From a virus (Duplodnaviria; Heunggongvirae; Uroviricota; Caudoviricetes): a DNA stretch of 35,126 bases. Positions 1-9,962 of this stretch are shown here, piece after piece. Below the pieces are notes generated by a model. It was given only the letters and a program-made list of their open reading frames with translations, was not told where the DNA came from and did not search any database. The position numbers and the translations under genes were made by a program. The first letter of the stretch is position 1. Every line of letters starts with the position of its first letter. The stretch lies in the IMG/VR virus record IMGVR_UViG_2619619134_000012, one strand, 5' to 3'.

Positions 1-483
1 ATGACGAAGAAAAAAGCACATAAACCTGGTTCAGCGACCATCGCGCTTAACAAGCGCGCCCGTCACGAATACTTTATCGAAGAAGAGTTCGAAGCGGGAC
101 TTGCCCTGCAAGGCTGGGAAGTTAAATCCCTGCGCGCAGGAAAAGCCAATATCAGCGACAGCTACGTCCTTCTGCGTGACGGAGAGGCATTTCTGTTTGG
201 CGCTAACATCACGCCAATGGCCGTGGCCTCCACGCATGTGGTGTGCGATCCTACCCGTACCCGCAAGTTACTTCTCAACCAGCGCGAACTGGACTCATTG
301 TACGGTCGCGTCAATCGAGAAGGCTATACCGTAGTGGCGCTCTCCCTGTACTGGAAAAATGCCTGGTGCAAAGTGAAAATCGGCGTCGCCAAAGGTAAGA
401 AACAGCACGATAAACGTTCAGATATCAAAGAGCGCGAATGGCAGGTGGATAAAGCACGTATCATGAAAAACGCCCACCGTTAA
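1..483 (+). CDS. smpB: SsrA-binding protein SmpB
   Basis: 160-aa ORF ([47 protein letters not shown]...) recognised as enterobacterial SmpB; lies immediately upstream of tmRNA as in the conserved smpB-ssrA arrangement. Confidence 0.95.
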
Positions 484-697
484 ACCTGCACTCCAATTAT
501 TGACCAGTTCCTCACCGCGCCTCCCTCTCCGGCGGCGCGAATGAACATCTTATTGGCTATCACATCCGACACAAATGTTGCCATCCCATTGCTTAATCGA
601 ATAAAAATCAGGCTACATGGGTGCTAAATCTTTAACGATAACGCCATTGAGGCTGGTCATGGCGCTCATAAATCTGGTATACTTACCTTTACACATT

Positions 698-1060
698 GGG
701 GCTGATTCTGGATTCGACGGGATTTGCGAAACCCAAGGTGCATGCCGAGGGGCGGTTGGCCTCGTAAAAAGCCGCAAAAAATAGTCGCAAACGACGAAAA
801 CTACGCTTTAGCAGCTTAATAACCTGCTTAGAGCCCTCTCTCCCTAGCCTCCGCTCTTAGGACGGGGATCAAGAGAGGTCAAACCCAAAAGAGATCGCGT
901 GGAAGCCCTGCCTGGGGTTGAAGCGTTAAAACTTAATCAGGCTAGTTTGTTAGTGGCGTGTCCGTCCGCAGCTGGCAAGCGAATGTAAAGACTGACTAAG
1001 CATGTAGTACCGAGGATGTAGGAATTTCGGACGCGGGTTCAACTCCCGCCAGCTCCACCA
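698..1060 (+). ncRNA. ssrA: tmRNA (transfer-messenger RNA, 10Sa RNA)
   Basis: 363 nt starting GGGGCTGATTCTGGATTCGACGGG and ending in the tRNA-like ...GGTTCAACTCCCGCCAGCTCCACCA; internal tag reading frame 787-819 GCAAACGACGAAAACTACGCTTTAGCAGCTTAA encodes ANDENYALAA-stop. Confidence 0.95.
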
Positions 1061-1061
1061 A
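1016..1061. repeat. attL: 46-bp att core at the 3' end of ssrA (ATGTAGGAATTTCGGACGCGGGTTCAACTCCCGCCAGCTCCACCAA)
   Basis: Exact 46-bp direct repeat of 33334-33379; sequence diverges immediately on both sides of both copies. Confidence 0.8.
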
Positions 1062-1070
1062 ATAAAACAA

Positions 1071-1103
1071 GGGGTTACGTGAAAGCGTAGCCCCTTTTTC
1101 TTT
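1071..1103 (+). terminator. Rho-independent terminator after the reconstituted ssrA
   Basis: Stem GGGGTTACG / CGTAGCCCC (one G-U pair) with loop TGAAAG, followed by TTTTTCTTT. Confidence 0.6.
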
Positions 1104-1155
1104 GATAGTGGCGACAAAATGGCGGCAAGCATTTATCGATTAAAGGACTACAGAT

Positions 1156-1533
1156 ATGAATAAACCTCTAATAGCCTTATTGCTCATCACCAGCTTCAGC
1201 GCATCTGCTGACAAAATCCCATCTTCTATCCAAAACCTGATTGCTGTTTACGACACCAGGACGCACAGCCTAGAAGATGGTGAGCTTACTATCAGATATA
1301 ACAAACGACTTTTGCTGGTAGATGCAGCTGAATCGATGTTCCAAGGCATCTGTAATGATTATTATATGAACAATTGGAAACCTGGCACGATCAAGAGAAT
1401 TACACTTCTTAATGTCACTAGCGATCAGGGCTTTGAAATCAATGCTGGAGGGGATGAGTGTAGAAAAGCTGGCACAATGAAAGACGAGCAGGCGCGCACC
1501 TATAGAACCAGCTTTATTAAACCTCTTCAATAA
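1156..1533 (+). CDS. Small secreted protein of unknown function (prophage-end cargo)
   Basis: 125-aa ORF with a typical signal peptide MNKPLIALLLITSFSASA|DK; AGGA ribosome-binding site upstream; AT-rich relative to the prophage core; sits between attL and ogr. Confidence 0.5.
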   Translation: MNKPLIALLLITSFSASADKIPSSIQNLIAVYDTRTHSLEDGELTIRYNKRLLLVDAAESMFQGICNDYYMNNWKPGTIKRITLLNVTSDQGFEINAGGDECRKAGTMKDEQARTYRTSFIKPLQ

Positions 1534-1619
1534 TGAAGTTTAATGAAATCCATGATTTTCTTTGGTTTCTTTCGGCATTCCTCCCGTTTCTTTTTGAGGA
1601 AGAATGCCATCAACTTACC

Positions 1620-1838
1620 TTAAAAATTCATGTGCCCTTGCCCACTCACTGTTGGATGTGGAGGAGCGTTATTTACCAATGCTGGCGTAACTATAAAGCG
1701 CACTACCGTTTCATGGGTGACAAAGGTGCTACCACAGTTAATGTTCTGGCACTGGCAGTAACGCTCTTTTGTGCTGTCCGTAACCTGAAAGCTGCTCCTA
1801 GTGTGCGCTGAGTGTCCACACTTTGGACAATTCATCAT
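1620..1838 (-). CDS. ogr: Ogr/Delta-family zinc-finger late-gene transcription activator
   Basis: MMNCPKCGHSAHTRSSFQVTDSTKERYCQCQNINCGSTFVTHETVVRF... shows the C-X2-C-X22-C-X4-C finger and clear similarity to P2 Ogr; start placed at the internal ATG with a GGAG site upstream; lies downstream of D as in P2. Confidence 0.8.
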   Translation of the reverse strand: MMNCPKCGHSAHTRSSFQVTDSTKERYCQCQNINCGSTFVTHETVVRFIVTPALVNNAPPHPTVSGQGHMNF

Positions 1839-1905
1839 TTTAAGTTTCTCCGCCGCCATTAAGTTCTCAATAATGATACACAATAAATTATTATTAAGAA
1901 CTTAT

Positions 1906-3006
1906 TTATTCTATTTCTAAATCATCAATCTTTACCTCAAGCTCCAGACTGGTAGTAAAACCATTATCCGGGCTGACCGTATGCGTCAACGTTGTAATGG
2001 TCCATTCGGCATCGTCGATAGGCTGTTTAAAGCCGCTCACCTTTACTGGCATTTCGGTGTAGAGATCTGCCCGGCCCTCTGCGAGCTGCAGCGAGAATGA
2101 CGCAACCCCACGCTGCAGGCGCTCCCATTGCATTTTTGCCGCACGCTCAGCATTGCTGCGGTTTGCGTAAGTACGATTTAGAACCAGTACGTTTTCATCC
2201 GTTCCCACCAGATAATCACCCTGTTTTGCTTCTGGCTCTTTTGGCGCGGTGGTTTTCTTCCGACGGCGCTTAACCTTGATTGTTTCTTTTTTCTTGGGTT
2301 CGCGGGTATGCAGCCAGCTGGCAATTACGCCGGTATAGGCACCACGATCAGCCAGGGTAAAACGATGACCGTCACCGACTTTACGCTCAATGGTGATAAC
2401 CGGCAGCGGCTTACCGCTCGCCGTTTTTCCCTGCCCCTGCCGGATAAACAACAGGTTTCCATCCTTAACGGAAGCAATCGCCCCATACTGGCGCGCCAGC
2501 TTCATCAGGAAACTGGCATCGCTTTCATTGGTCTGGTCCATGTGATCCAGCGCCTTGTCCGTCAGGTCTTTACCCAGCGCCATTTTGAGGTTATGCCGCG
2601 CTGCGATTTCCTTTACCACATCGCCAACGGTTGTCTGGTGCCATGACTTTTCGCGCCGGGTATTGAGGGTTTCACGGAAATCAGCGCTACGGGCACGGAT
2701 AGTCAGACGATCAGGAGCACCGCTGTGCTCAATCTCATCGACAGTAAACGCCCCTTTCGGGAAAAGCGGCTGTCCTTTCCACCCCAGCGCCAGCTGAATA
2801 ACAGCACCACGTCGCGGCAGAACGATCTGCCCGTCGGCGTCGTCCAGCTCCAGATCAAGTTGGTCAGCCTCAAAACCCCGGTTATCGGTCAGCGTCAGAC
2901 TCATCAGGCGCGCATCCAGCGCGGTTGTCACGTCCTTACCTTCAATAGTGATACTGAAAGCCGGGCTTTTGCTGTTCAGGTCAAAAAGATCAGAGCTAAA
3001 ATTCAC
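1906..3006 (-). CDS. D: Tail protein D (late control gene D family)
   Basis: 366-aa ORF with the gene order and sequence features of P2 gpD; overlaps the U stop codon. Confidence 0.85.
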   Translation of the reverse strand: MNFSSDLFDLNSKSPAFSITIEGKDVTTALDARLMSLTLTDNRGFEADQLDLELDDADGQIVLPRRGAVIQLALGWKGQPLFPKGAFTVDEIEHSGAPDRLTIRARSADFRETLNTRREKSWHQTTVGDVVKEIAARHNLKMALGKDLTDKALDHMDQTNESDASFLMKLARQYGAIASVKDGNLLFIRQGQGKTASGKPLPVITIERKVGDGHRFTLADRGAYTGVIASWLHTREPKKKETIKVKRRRKKTTAPKEPEAKQGDYLVGTDENVLVLNRTYANRSNAERAAKMQWERLQRGVASFSLQLAEGRADLYTEMPVKVSGFKQPIDDAEWTITTLTHTVSPDNGFTTSLELEVKIDDLEIE

Positions 3007-3488
3007 TGCAGCAACCCTCCAACAGTATTTTTAATATTACCTATCGCAGACGTTGCAGAGTCCTGCAGGTTACTGAGCTGATCGCTGAGACTGCCGAACA
3101 TATCAGACAGCGACTCATCAACCCTTTTCAGGGTCAGCGTAAACTCAATACGGCGAGGCATTCCGCTTTCAAAAAATTCCATTTTTGTCTGACTCAGGCT
3201 CTCGATTACAAACATGCCGTAAATGGTCCCGCTACCCTCAATCAGGGGCCATGCTTTGCCCAGCTCTGCCATTTGCTCCAGCGCGAGCAATGACAGCCTG
3301 CCCCCGGTGACTTCCGGCAGCAGTACGCCAGATAACGTCAGCGAGTCATTATCCGGGCCAAGAAACTGCGTTGATGGTCGCCGGTTCACCCGACTGTTGA
3401 CGGCGTGTCGCCAGCTTCGCTGATACTGCAGCTCCTGATATGGCACTGTGCGCAGCATGAAGACATATAACCCCAGCACCATCATCAT
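3003..3488 (-). CDS. U: Tail protein U
   Basis: 161-aa ORF at the P2 gpU position, translationally coupled to T and D. Confidence 0.8.
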   Translation of the reverse strand: MMMVLGLYVFMLRTVPYQELQYQRSWRHAVNSRVNRRPSTQFLGPDNDSLTLSGVLLPEVTGGRLSLLALEQMAELGKAWPLIEGSGTIYGMFVIESLSQTKMEFFESGMPRRIEFTLTLKRVDESLSDMFGSLSDQLSNLQDSATSAIGNIKNTVGGLLQ

Positions 3489-6268
3489 GATTCATATCCC
3501 CCTTGATCACTGAAATTACTGCGCGCTTTAGCCCTGGTCTTGCGCTCGCGTTCGTCAAGCTGTCGGGCAACTTCACGGGCAATATCTTGCGCACTCTGCC
3601 CTGGCTGAGCATAGATAGTGATCGGCGCGTGAGTTTCAAAGTGCATCACTGGCGGCGCGCTGGCAGATTTCGCAGGCTGGCTTTGTTTATATGCCACAGT
3701 AGGCAGACTGTAAGGATGTAGTGGAGCAGCCTCTGCAGGCGCTGCCGCTACGCCCATGACGCCTGCAACGACGGAAGCCAGCGCGGCAGTACGCCGCCTA
3801 CTGGTCACATGTGCGGGGCCGTTCACAATTTCAGGGCCGTTCTCCCCAACAATACCGAACTGACCGCGCGGAATAATCCCACCACTGTCATACATCCCGG
3901 CAAACGGAACCGCAGCAGCCGCTGCTTCACCAACCACCTGCACCTGTGCTTTATTTTGTGTTTTATTATTTCCGGTCATCCAGTCAGGCAGATAATCGGT
4001 GACTGAGGAAAGCTTGCTTTTGAGTGTCTCCCATTTGGCATTAATTCCATTGAGAATGCTGTCAATAATGGCGCTGCCCATGTCCTGAAACTTCGCAGGA
4101 AGCGCGGCAACATCAGCTAGGATCGAATTCCATTTATCACTAATAGATTGTCTGATATTGGCCCACGCCTCAGAAACGCCAGATTTTATTGCATCCCAAT
4201 TTTTAGCTATTAATCCCGGCAAGGTATAATTAAAGAACAGTGACTTAATCCCCTCCCACGCGGCGCTGGCCTTTTCTTTAATCCAATCCCATGCCGTACC
4301 TGTGGCATTACATACGGCATCCCACATGGCCTTGAACTTTGGCCCAAGCGTGTCCCAGTTCTGCCAGATATAAATAGCACCAGCGGCGATCAGCCCTATG
4401 ACAGCCAGTATAGGGTTTGCAAACATCAATCGGCCCAGCCATAAAACTGATTTCCCGATCCCTCCCAGCGCAGCACGAACCAAGCCACCCACCGATGCGA
4501 ACTTCAGGCCCAACATGCCCGCGCTCACTCTGATGATTGCCATCGGACCAAGGATTGATGCCAGCACCAAAGAGATAGCCCCTACAGCCGTTGCAGCAAC
4601 GGCAAATCCTGCAGCCATCTTGAATAAGGCAGACGTAAGCGAGGGATGGCGTTTGACAAAACCGTCCAAACGAGAGGCTAACTCCCCCAGCCAATCGGCG
4701 AGGTTCTTTAATGCAGGTGCTACGGTTTCACCAATACTCGCCATCGCATTAGTGAATGTCCCGGTAGCAGCCTCCCATTTATTCCCCAGGGTGTTCAGCG
4801 ATGCATCAACACGCTCCCTAAGCGATGCCTGATTTTCAAGCTTTGCTGCAGTTTCTCTATATCCTTCAATCCCTTTGGATAGCATAATGTTCAGCGCTTG
4901 TAGCGTTTCCGCATCATTGCCAAACAAATCTTTCATGGTTGCCATTTGGGTTTCTGGATTTAATTTTTTAAGTTTCTCCAGCTGAGCGTACATATTTTCC
5001 AGACCACCAAACCCACCCTTCCCGTCAGAGAAGTTGAATTTAATACCCGCGCCCTTTTCTTTCAGGTCATCGTTAACCGCCTTAATATTGTCAGCATCCA
5101 GAGCGGCCTGAAAAATCTTTCGGTATGCATTACCGGCAGACTCACCAGCCATACTCCCCTGATCAGCCATAACTAACAAAGGCGCGAAAGTTTTGACCGC
5201 TTCCAACCCCTTCTTATTGATGATATTCATCGCGCTGCTGATTTTTGAGAACCCCTGCAGCATATTTCCTGAATCTACCCCCGCGTAGAATCCTTTCTGG
5301 ATCACGTCCATCAGATTCATCATGTCTTTTTCGGAGGTCTGAGTAGCATCTTGTAACTTAGCCGCAAACTCAGCTGCTGCAGTGGGAGCCATCTGTAACT
5401 GCACGCCAAGATAAGCTGCTGACTCTCCCAAGCCGCCCAGGATGACCTGCGCCGACATACCCTGACGGCGTAGCATAGTCATCATGTTCTGAAAGTCGGC
5501 TGTTGTTCCCGGCAGCTTATCGCCCAAAGCAACTGCAAGCCGGTTAATTTTTTCAAATTCAGGCGCTACCTTTCCGCCCGGTCCCATCATTGAACCGGCG
5601 AGCTGATTCGCTGCATTTTCTGATTCTGAATAGGCTTTTACTGGAGCCAACAACGTCATGCCAGTAGTTACCCCAGCCGCCATCGCCCCTGCACCATTAC
5701 CTGCCAGAGAGTTCCTTAACTCGCGGGTCTTTTCAGCCTTGGCTTTGATGGCGTTGAGCTTTCGCTGACGCTCGCCAACTTCACGCAGCCTGCGCTCCTG
5801 CTCAGCCAACTGTCGGTTATACCGCTCAGTTTCTCGTGCAATCCGTGCCGTCTCACGCGCTCCGCCCCCAGCAGATAACCCCAGCCGATAAAGCTCAGCC
5901 CTGGCTGCCGCCATCTGGCGAGTTTCCTGTTGCTGTTTTTGTTCAAGACGTGAAACAGCACGCCACTGAGCTTCCAGCGCCTGCGTTTGTTTTTTTGTCG
6001 GGGATTCCAAAGATGACATTTCGCGCGTCATCATTTGAGCGCGTAGCCTCGCCTGATCCAGTTCGGCACCAGTACGGCTAACACTTTTAGTTAGTTGATC
6101 GAAAGATTTAAGCTGACCTCCAGCATCACTCAGCTTTTTAATCTGATCGCGGGTTTGTCGAATAGCTGATGCCAGCTCCTTAGAGCCAGCCTGTGCATTT
6201 TTAAATGGGCGGGTTAACTTATCCACCGCCCCCAGAACTACCTGCAGTCGCAAGTTATTATCACTCAT
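3485..6268 (-). CDS. T: Tail tape measure protein
   Basis: About 927 aa, coiled-coil-rich middle and hydrophobic segments typical of tape measure proteins; start placed at ATG 6268 (MSDNNLRLQ...) overlapping the E' stop; the ORF track's upstream start 6316 is less likely. Confidence 0.8.
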   Translation of the reverse strand: MSDNNLRLQVVLGAVDKLTRPFKNAQAGSKELASAIRQTRDQIKKLSDAGGQLKSFDQLTKSVSRTGAELDQARLRAQMMTREMSSLESPTKKQTQALEAQWRAVSRLEQKQQQETRQMAAARAELYRLGLSAGGGARETARIARETERYNRQLAEQERRLREVGERQRKLNAIKAKAEKTRELRNSLAGNGAGAMAAGVTTGMTLLAPVKAYSESENAANQLAGSMMGPGGKVAPEFEKINRLAVALGDKLPGTTADFQNMMTMLRRQGMSAQVILGGLGESAAYLGVQLQMAPTAAAEFAAKLQDATQTSEKDMMNLMDVIQKGFYAGVDSGNMLQGFSKISSAMNIINKKGLEAVKTFAPLLVMADQGSMAGESAGNAYRKIFQAALDADNIKAVNDDLKEKGAGIKFNFSDGKGGFGGLENMYAQLEKLKKLNPETQMATMKDLFGNDAETLQALNIMLSKGIEGYRETAAKLENQASLRERVDASLNTLGNKWEAATGTFTNAMASIGETVAPALKNLADWLGELASRLDGFVKRHPSLTSALFKMAAGFAVAATAVGAISLVLASILGPMAIIRVSAGMLGLKFASVGGLVRAALGGIGKSVLWLGRLMFANPILAVIGLIAAGAIYIWQNWDTLGPKFKAMWDAVCNATGTAWDWIKEKASAAWEGIKSLFFNYTLPGLIAKNWDAIKSGVSEAWANIRQSISDKWNSILADVAALPAKFQDMGSAIIDSILNGINAKWETLKSKLSSVTDYLPDWMTGNNKTQNKAQVQVVGEAAAAAVPFAGMYDSGGIIPRGQFGIVGENGPEIVNGPAHVTSRRRTAALASVVAGVMGVAAAPAEAAPLHPYSLPTVAYKQSQPAKSASAPPVMHFETHAPITIYAQPGQSAQDIAREVARQLDERERKTRAKARSNFSDQGGYES

Positions 6269-6697
6269 CGCTTGCCCCGCTTCTCTGAATTGCCTTATGC
6301 CGCCACTCCAGCACATCAGTCAGCGGCATAACGTCAGTGATGGACGGCGACCAGTGAAAGATGGTGGCAATATCTGCCACCAGATCATCAACCGTCAGGT
6401 TGTCGGCAAATCGACAAGCACCGACTTCGGCAACAAAAAAGTCACCACCTCTACAGCCATTGCTGTCAGATCGGCGGGGTCCAGCTCTGCCATTTCCTGC
6501 GCGGTCAGCGTCGGAGTGGAGATTCGCGGGATCACAGTCATCATCGCGCCCACGTCCATATCCATAATGGCCTGCAGACGGGTGCCACGCAGTGCGCCGG
6601 ACTGCGGCTTGCGCAGCACAATTTCGGTAATTTCAGTTTTACCGCGCATGATGGGGGTATCCAGTTTTACGGTCTTTTCAGTCAGCTTGTCGCTCAT
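6261..6697 (-). CDS. Tail assembly chaperone E+E' (predicted -1 programmed frameshift product)
   Basis: After the slippery heptamer the -1 frame stays open for 57 codons (VAEVGACRFADNL...RSGASDE) and stops at TGA 6261-6263, overlapping the T start, as in the P2 E/E+E' arrangement. Confidence 0.5.
6395..6697 (-). CDS. E: Tail assembly chaperone E
   Basis: 100-aa ORF immediately upstream of T at the P2 gpE position; ends ...VVTFLLPKSVLVDLPTT and contains the slippery heptamer. Confidence 0.8.
   Translation of the reverse strand: MSDKLTEKTVKLDTPIMRGKTEITEIVLRKPQSGALRGTRLQAIMDMDVGAMMTVIPRISTPTLTAQEMAELDPADLTAMAVEVVTFLLPKSVLVDLPTT
6434..6440 (-). other. Slippery heptamer T TTT TTG (X XXY YYZ) for -1 ribosomal frameshifting
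   Basis: Minus-strand ACT TTT TTG near the 3' end of E; plus strand reads CAAAAAA. Confidence 0.55.
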
Positions 6698-6751
6698 GTT
6701 CGTATCCTGTTAATGAAATACTGGCGCGGCTGCCCGCGCCGTTAAGGTTAA

Positions 6752-7267
6752 TCAGAGGCCGAGGGCATTACGGTGTTCTTCCATCAGATCCACGCCGTCA
6801 ACGATTTCAACCATGTTGACCAGATCGACCTCATAGAGCACCTCACCGTTAATGGTCAGCTTCGCGTAGCTGTTAGTACTGCTGACCTTGGTGGCGCTAC
6901 TCTCGCCGGTTTTCCACTCGCCGGAATCCACTTCTTTATGACGTCCGCGCACAACCAGCTCAACGGCCTGCACTTCGCCAGTATCGTCACGCTGAATAGA
7001 GCCGGTGAAACGCAGCTGGATGCCGTCAACGGTTGCCTTGCCCATCTGCTTGAATAACAGCAGTTCGGTGCCGCCGATTGAAAATTCCGTGTCCAGTGCG
7101 CCGTCATCCAGCCCCATGTCCACATCCACCGCGCCCGGCATACCGCCGCCGCGATACTTCTCAAACTTGCGGGTGAATTTCGGCAGGGTCAGAGACTCGA
7201 CAATCCCCTGCCAGTTGTTCCCGTCGTTGAACAGGTTCAGGTGTTTTAACTTACGTGGTAAAGCCAT
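6752..7267 (-). CDS. FII: Tail tube protein FII
   Basis: 171-aa ORF recognisably similar to P2 gpFII (MALPRKLKHLNLFNDGNNWQGIVESLTLPKF...). Confidence 0.9.
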   Translation of the reverse strand: MALPRKLKHLNLFNDGNNWQGIVESLTLPKFTRKFEKYRGGGMPGAVDVDMGLDDGALDTEFSIGGTELLLFKQMGKATVDGIQLRFTGSIQRDDTGEVQAVELVVRGRHKEVDSGEWKTGESSATKVSSTNSYAKLTINGEVLYEVDLVNMVEIVDGVDLMEEHRNALGL

Positions 7268-7276
7268 GGTGTCCCC

Positions 7277-8449
7277 TTACGCGCTGACCTGGCTGGAGAA
7301 ATCCAGCAGGTACTGATCGGTGATGCGCTGGCGCAGCATCAGGTTTTCAAGCGGCGGCACCGGCGTGTAGTCGTAGTCGATAGTGAGTTTCCCTGCTTTC
7401 AGGGAGTCTTTATCGTTCACCGACTCATCCAGCCAGCAGTCTGCACCGATGATGTAGCCCTGCGTTTTCAGGCTGCGCAGCTTGGCGCGGATACCTTCGA
7501 TAATGTCACGGGCCAGCGATGGGTTGAGCACGCCATCCACCGCCCACATGTGCGCTTCAGCGATGGTGTCAGCCAGCACCTGCGCCGTGCGGGTGTAGTT
7601 CTCAAAGGCAAACAGCGGATCGTCACTGAGGCAGCGGGAACCCCAGAAGCGGAAGCCGTCTTTGCGGATAAGCGTGGTGACGTCATTCTGGTTGAGCAGT
7701 CCCGCATCAGTTGCCGGGTCCTGCAGATCCCAGAACACATCAGCGGAAATGCCGGTGACACCGTTCACGCCCACGTTGGACAGGGTCTTGTGCCAGCCGG
7801 TCTGCTCGTCAATTTTGGCTCGCAGGCCGAGCGCACGGGCGGAGGCGTAAGCTGTCGCGTCTGCATTCAGCACAGTGTCAAAGTTGATAAAGTCAGGCCA
7901 GATCAGCATCCCCTCGCGCTGGCTGAAATTGTCCCGGTAAGCAATGGCTTCCTCCACCGTCTTGCAGCCATAGGCAGACAGGTAGGCAAACCCGCGCAGA
8001 CTCTGCGCCACGCTCAGCAGCTCAGTGGCAACCGCCTGCGTGTCGTGTCCCGGCACACCGAGAATGCGCGGCTTGACACCGAGCTGCGACTGCGCCGATA
8101 GCAGCGCTTTCATGCCCGTTTTTTTACCGTCAGCAGTCACACCGCCGATAATGTTGGAGGTGGTTTCCGCTTCGGTTTCGCCCTGCGCCACGCGCACAAC
8201 GACGGTCACGGGTTTAGCCTGGTCTGCAATCGCATCCAGCGAACGGGCCAGCGTGCCGGACTCTCCCGCTTTGCCGCTGGCGGTCAGCACATCGGTCAGC
8301 AGAATCGGCTTGTTGAGGGGAAACATGGACGCATCAGCATCATCGCCGGTGCAGACCATGCCCACGATGGCGGTGCTCACCGTGGTAATGGATCGGGTGC
8401 CCTCGTTGATTTCAACAACGCGCACCCCGTGGTGGTAATCCTGAGCCAT
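7277..8449 (-). CDS. FI: Contractile tail sheath protein FI
   Basis: 390-aa ORF recognisably similar to P2 gpFI ([32 protein letters not shown]...). Confidence 0.9.
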   Translation of the reverse strand: MAQDYHHGVRVVEINEGTRSITTVSTAIVGMVCTGDDADASMFPLNKPILLTDVLTASGKAGESGTLARSLDAIADQAKPVTVVVRVAQGETEAETTSNIIGGVTADGKKTGMKALLSAQSQLGVKPRILGVPGHDTQAVATELLSVAQSLRGFAYLSAYGCKTVEEAIAYRDNFSQREGMLIWPDFINFDTVLNADATAYASARALGLRAKIDEQTGWHKTLSNVGVNGVTGISADVFWDLQDPATDAGLLNQNDVTTLIRKDGFRFWGSRCLSDDPLFAFENYTRTAQVLADTIAEAHMWAVDGVLNPSLARDIIEGIRAKLRSLKTQGYIIGADCWLDESVNDKDSLKAGKLTIDYDYTPVPPLENLMLRQRITDQYLLDFSSQVSA

Positions 8450-8525
8450 AGCGGCGAACCTCCTGATTGGAATAGGCTTCGCCCTATGTTGTATTGATTA
8501 CGTCACGCAGACAGCTGTGCGGCGT

Positions 8526-8543
8526 TGTCCTGTTAATCACACA
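8526..8543. promoter_or_regulatory. Candidate Ogr-dependent late promoter element (TGT-N12-ACA) upstream of FI
   Basis: TGTCCTGTTAATCACACA; its centre lies about 85 nt upstream of the FI start codon, compatible with a -55-centred activator site and a ~30-nt leader. Confidence 0.35.
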
Positions 8544-8742
8544 ATGTCGCAGGATCTTTCAGGATGATACTGCCTGGAAAGTATCCACATATCTTCATTA
8601 ATGCTTAACCATACACAAAATGACATAGACATTTTCCGCAATGATCATCCATAATAGTATCTTCCTCTTGCTGCACTTACTTTTAGCACATAGCTAAGTA
8701 GGTTGTTTTTCTCAAATTTACTGTTCATAAAAACACAAGACA

Positions 8743-9930
8743 ATGAATACATATACACTAACAAGCTACAGCATAATTTACTCTATTTTGATTCCTTTTA
8801 TTATATACTTTGCACTATCTATTCTCCCTGTTTTTCGCAGACCAATAATAGAAGATGGTCCAGGGAAATATATTTATCTTGACCCATTAAGAGGCCTTGC
8901 TGCAGTTTTTGTATTTATACACCACTCAATAATGATCTACAATTTACATACGATAGGTACTTTTGCACCAGACGGGGCATTTTCTTACGCATCACAAGCA
9001 GTAACTGTCACATATTACCACTTCGGTCAATCATCTGTGATGATTTTCTTCATGATTACTGGTTTCTTATTTTTTGGGAAAATATTAAATTTCGAAAAAA
9101 AATTTATAAGTGACGACTTCTTTTTATCCAGAATAAAAAGATTATTCCCCGCAATGTGTTCTTGCTTTATCCTTTATATTATCGCATGTTTTCTTTTATC
9201 TGACACCACAGCTAATAACAATTATTTAGAACATGTGTTATCTTGGTTTTCATTTGGTTTTATAAATCTACCAAAAGTTTCAAGCAACATAGATGGTTGG
9301 ATGTTAGTTGCGGGAGTTTTTTGGACGTTAGTTATTGAATGGAAATTTTATCTCATCACCCCTTTATTGAGTTCATTAATTAACACCAAAATTAAATCAA
9401 TTTGTTTTATTCTAATTGCATCTTGCATAACAATACAGTTATTTATAAATAATCAATTAACTGAGAAAGAGGCATCCATATATCTCTGTTTTATTAGCGG
9501 ATTTGTTGCAGCCATAGCCAACAAGTATTATAGAGAGAAATTATCAATGTTATTTACAGGATTTATATCAGCATCATTAATTACTTCCATATACGTATAT
9601 TGTTTTTATAATACCATTGGCTCTTATAACTTCCAAGTTACTGGTGCATTATTTTTGCTGTTTATATCAATAGTATCAGGGAATTCTTTTTTTGGAATCC
9701 TAAAAATTAAAGCTCTGCACTGCGCAGGAAAATGTAGTTATAGTGTATATATAATGCATGCTTTAATATTGAATATTATTTTCTTTGTTATGGCAAAACA
9801 ATATGATTATTACGTTTGTTTTTTAGTGGCTTCTGTAACTCTAGGAGTGCTAACCATTCTTAACTACGTGTTTGTAGAAAGAAAATTCATATCAGGAAAG
9901 CAAGAGAAATTAAAGCAAGCAACTATATAA
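8743..9930 (+). CDS. Acyltransferase family 3 integral membrane protein (OafA/Oac-like O-acetyltransferase)
   Basis: 395-aa polytopic membrane protein with acyltransferase-3 signatures (YLDPLRGLAAVFVFIHH; FFMITGFLFFGK; WTLVIEWKFY); strongly AT-rich; opposite strand to the flanking tail genes; occupies the P2 Z/fun position between G and FI. Confidence 0.8.
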   Translation: MNTYTLTSYSIIYSILIPFIIYFALSILPVFRRPIIEDGPGKYIYLDPLRGLAAVFVFIHHSIMIYNLHTIGTFAPDGAFSYASQAVTVTYYHFGQSSVMIFFMITGFLFFGKILNFEKKFISDDFFLSRIKRLFPAMCSCFILYIIACFLLSDTTANNNYLEHVLSWFSFGFINLPKVSSNIDGWMLVAGVFWTLVIEWKFYLITPLLSSLINTKIKSICFILIASCITIQLFINNQLTEKEASIYLCFISGFVAAIANKYYREKLSMLFTGFISASLITSIYVYCFYNTIGSYNFQVTGALFLLFISIVSGNSFFGILKIKALHCAGKCSYSVYIMHALILNIIFFVMAKQYDYYVCFLVASVTLGVLTILNYVFVERKFISGKQEKLKQATI

Positions 9931-9937
9931 ATAGAAA

Positions 9938-9962
9938 TGGCGCCAATACCGCAATGGCGCCA
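9938..9962 (-). terminator. Hairpin between the convergent acyltransferase and G genes; candidate terminator of the H-G transcript
   Basis: Two copies of the self-complementary TGGCGCCA (9938-9945, 9955-9962) form an 8-bp stem; on the minus strand it is followed by the T-rich ATTTCTATTTATATAG. Confidence 0.4.

Noticed and set aside
1533-1811. 92-aa plus-strand ORF starting at the stop codon of the secreted-protein gene
   Set aside because: Most of it runs antisense through ogr, whose zinc-finger frame is clearly the real one; only its first ~90 nt are intergenic.
7550-8101. 183-aa plus-strand ORF (and the neighbouring plus-strand ORFs 7005-7316 and 8025-8438)
   Set aside because: Antisense to the tail sheath and tube genes; no start context or homology signal.
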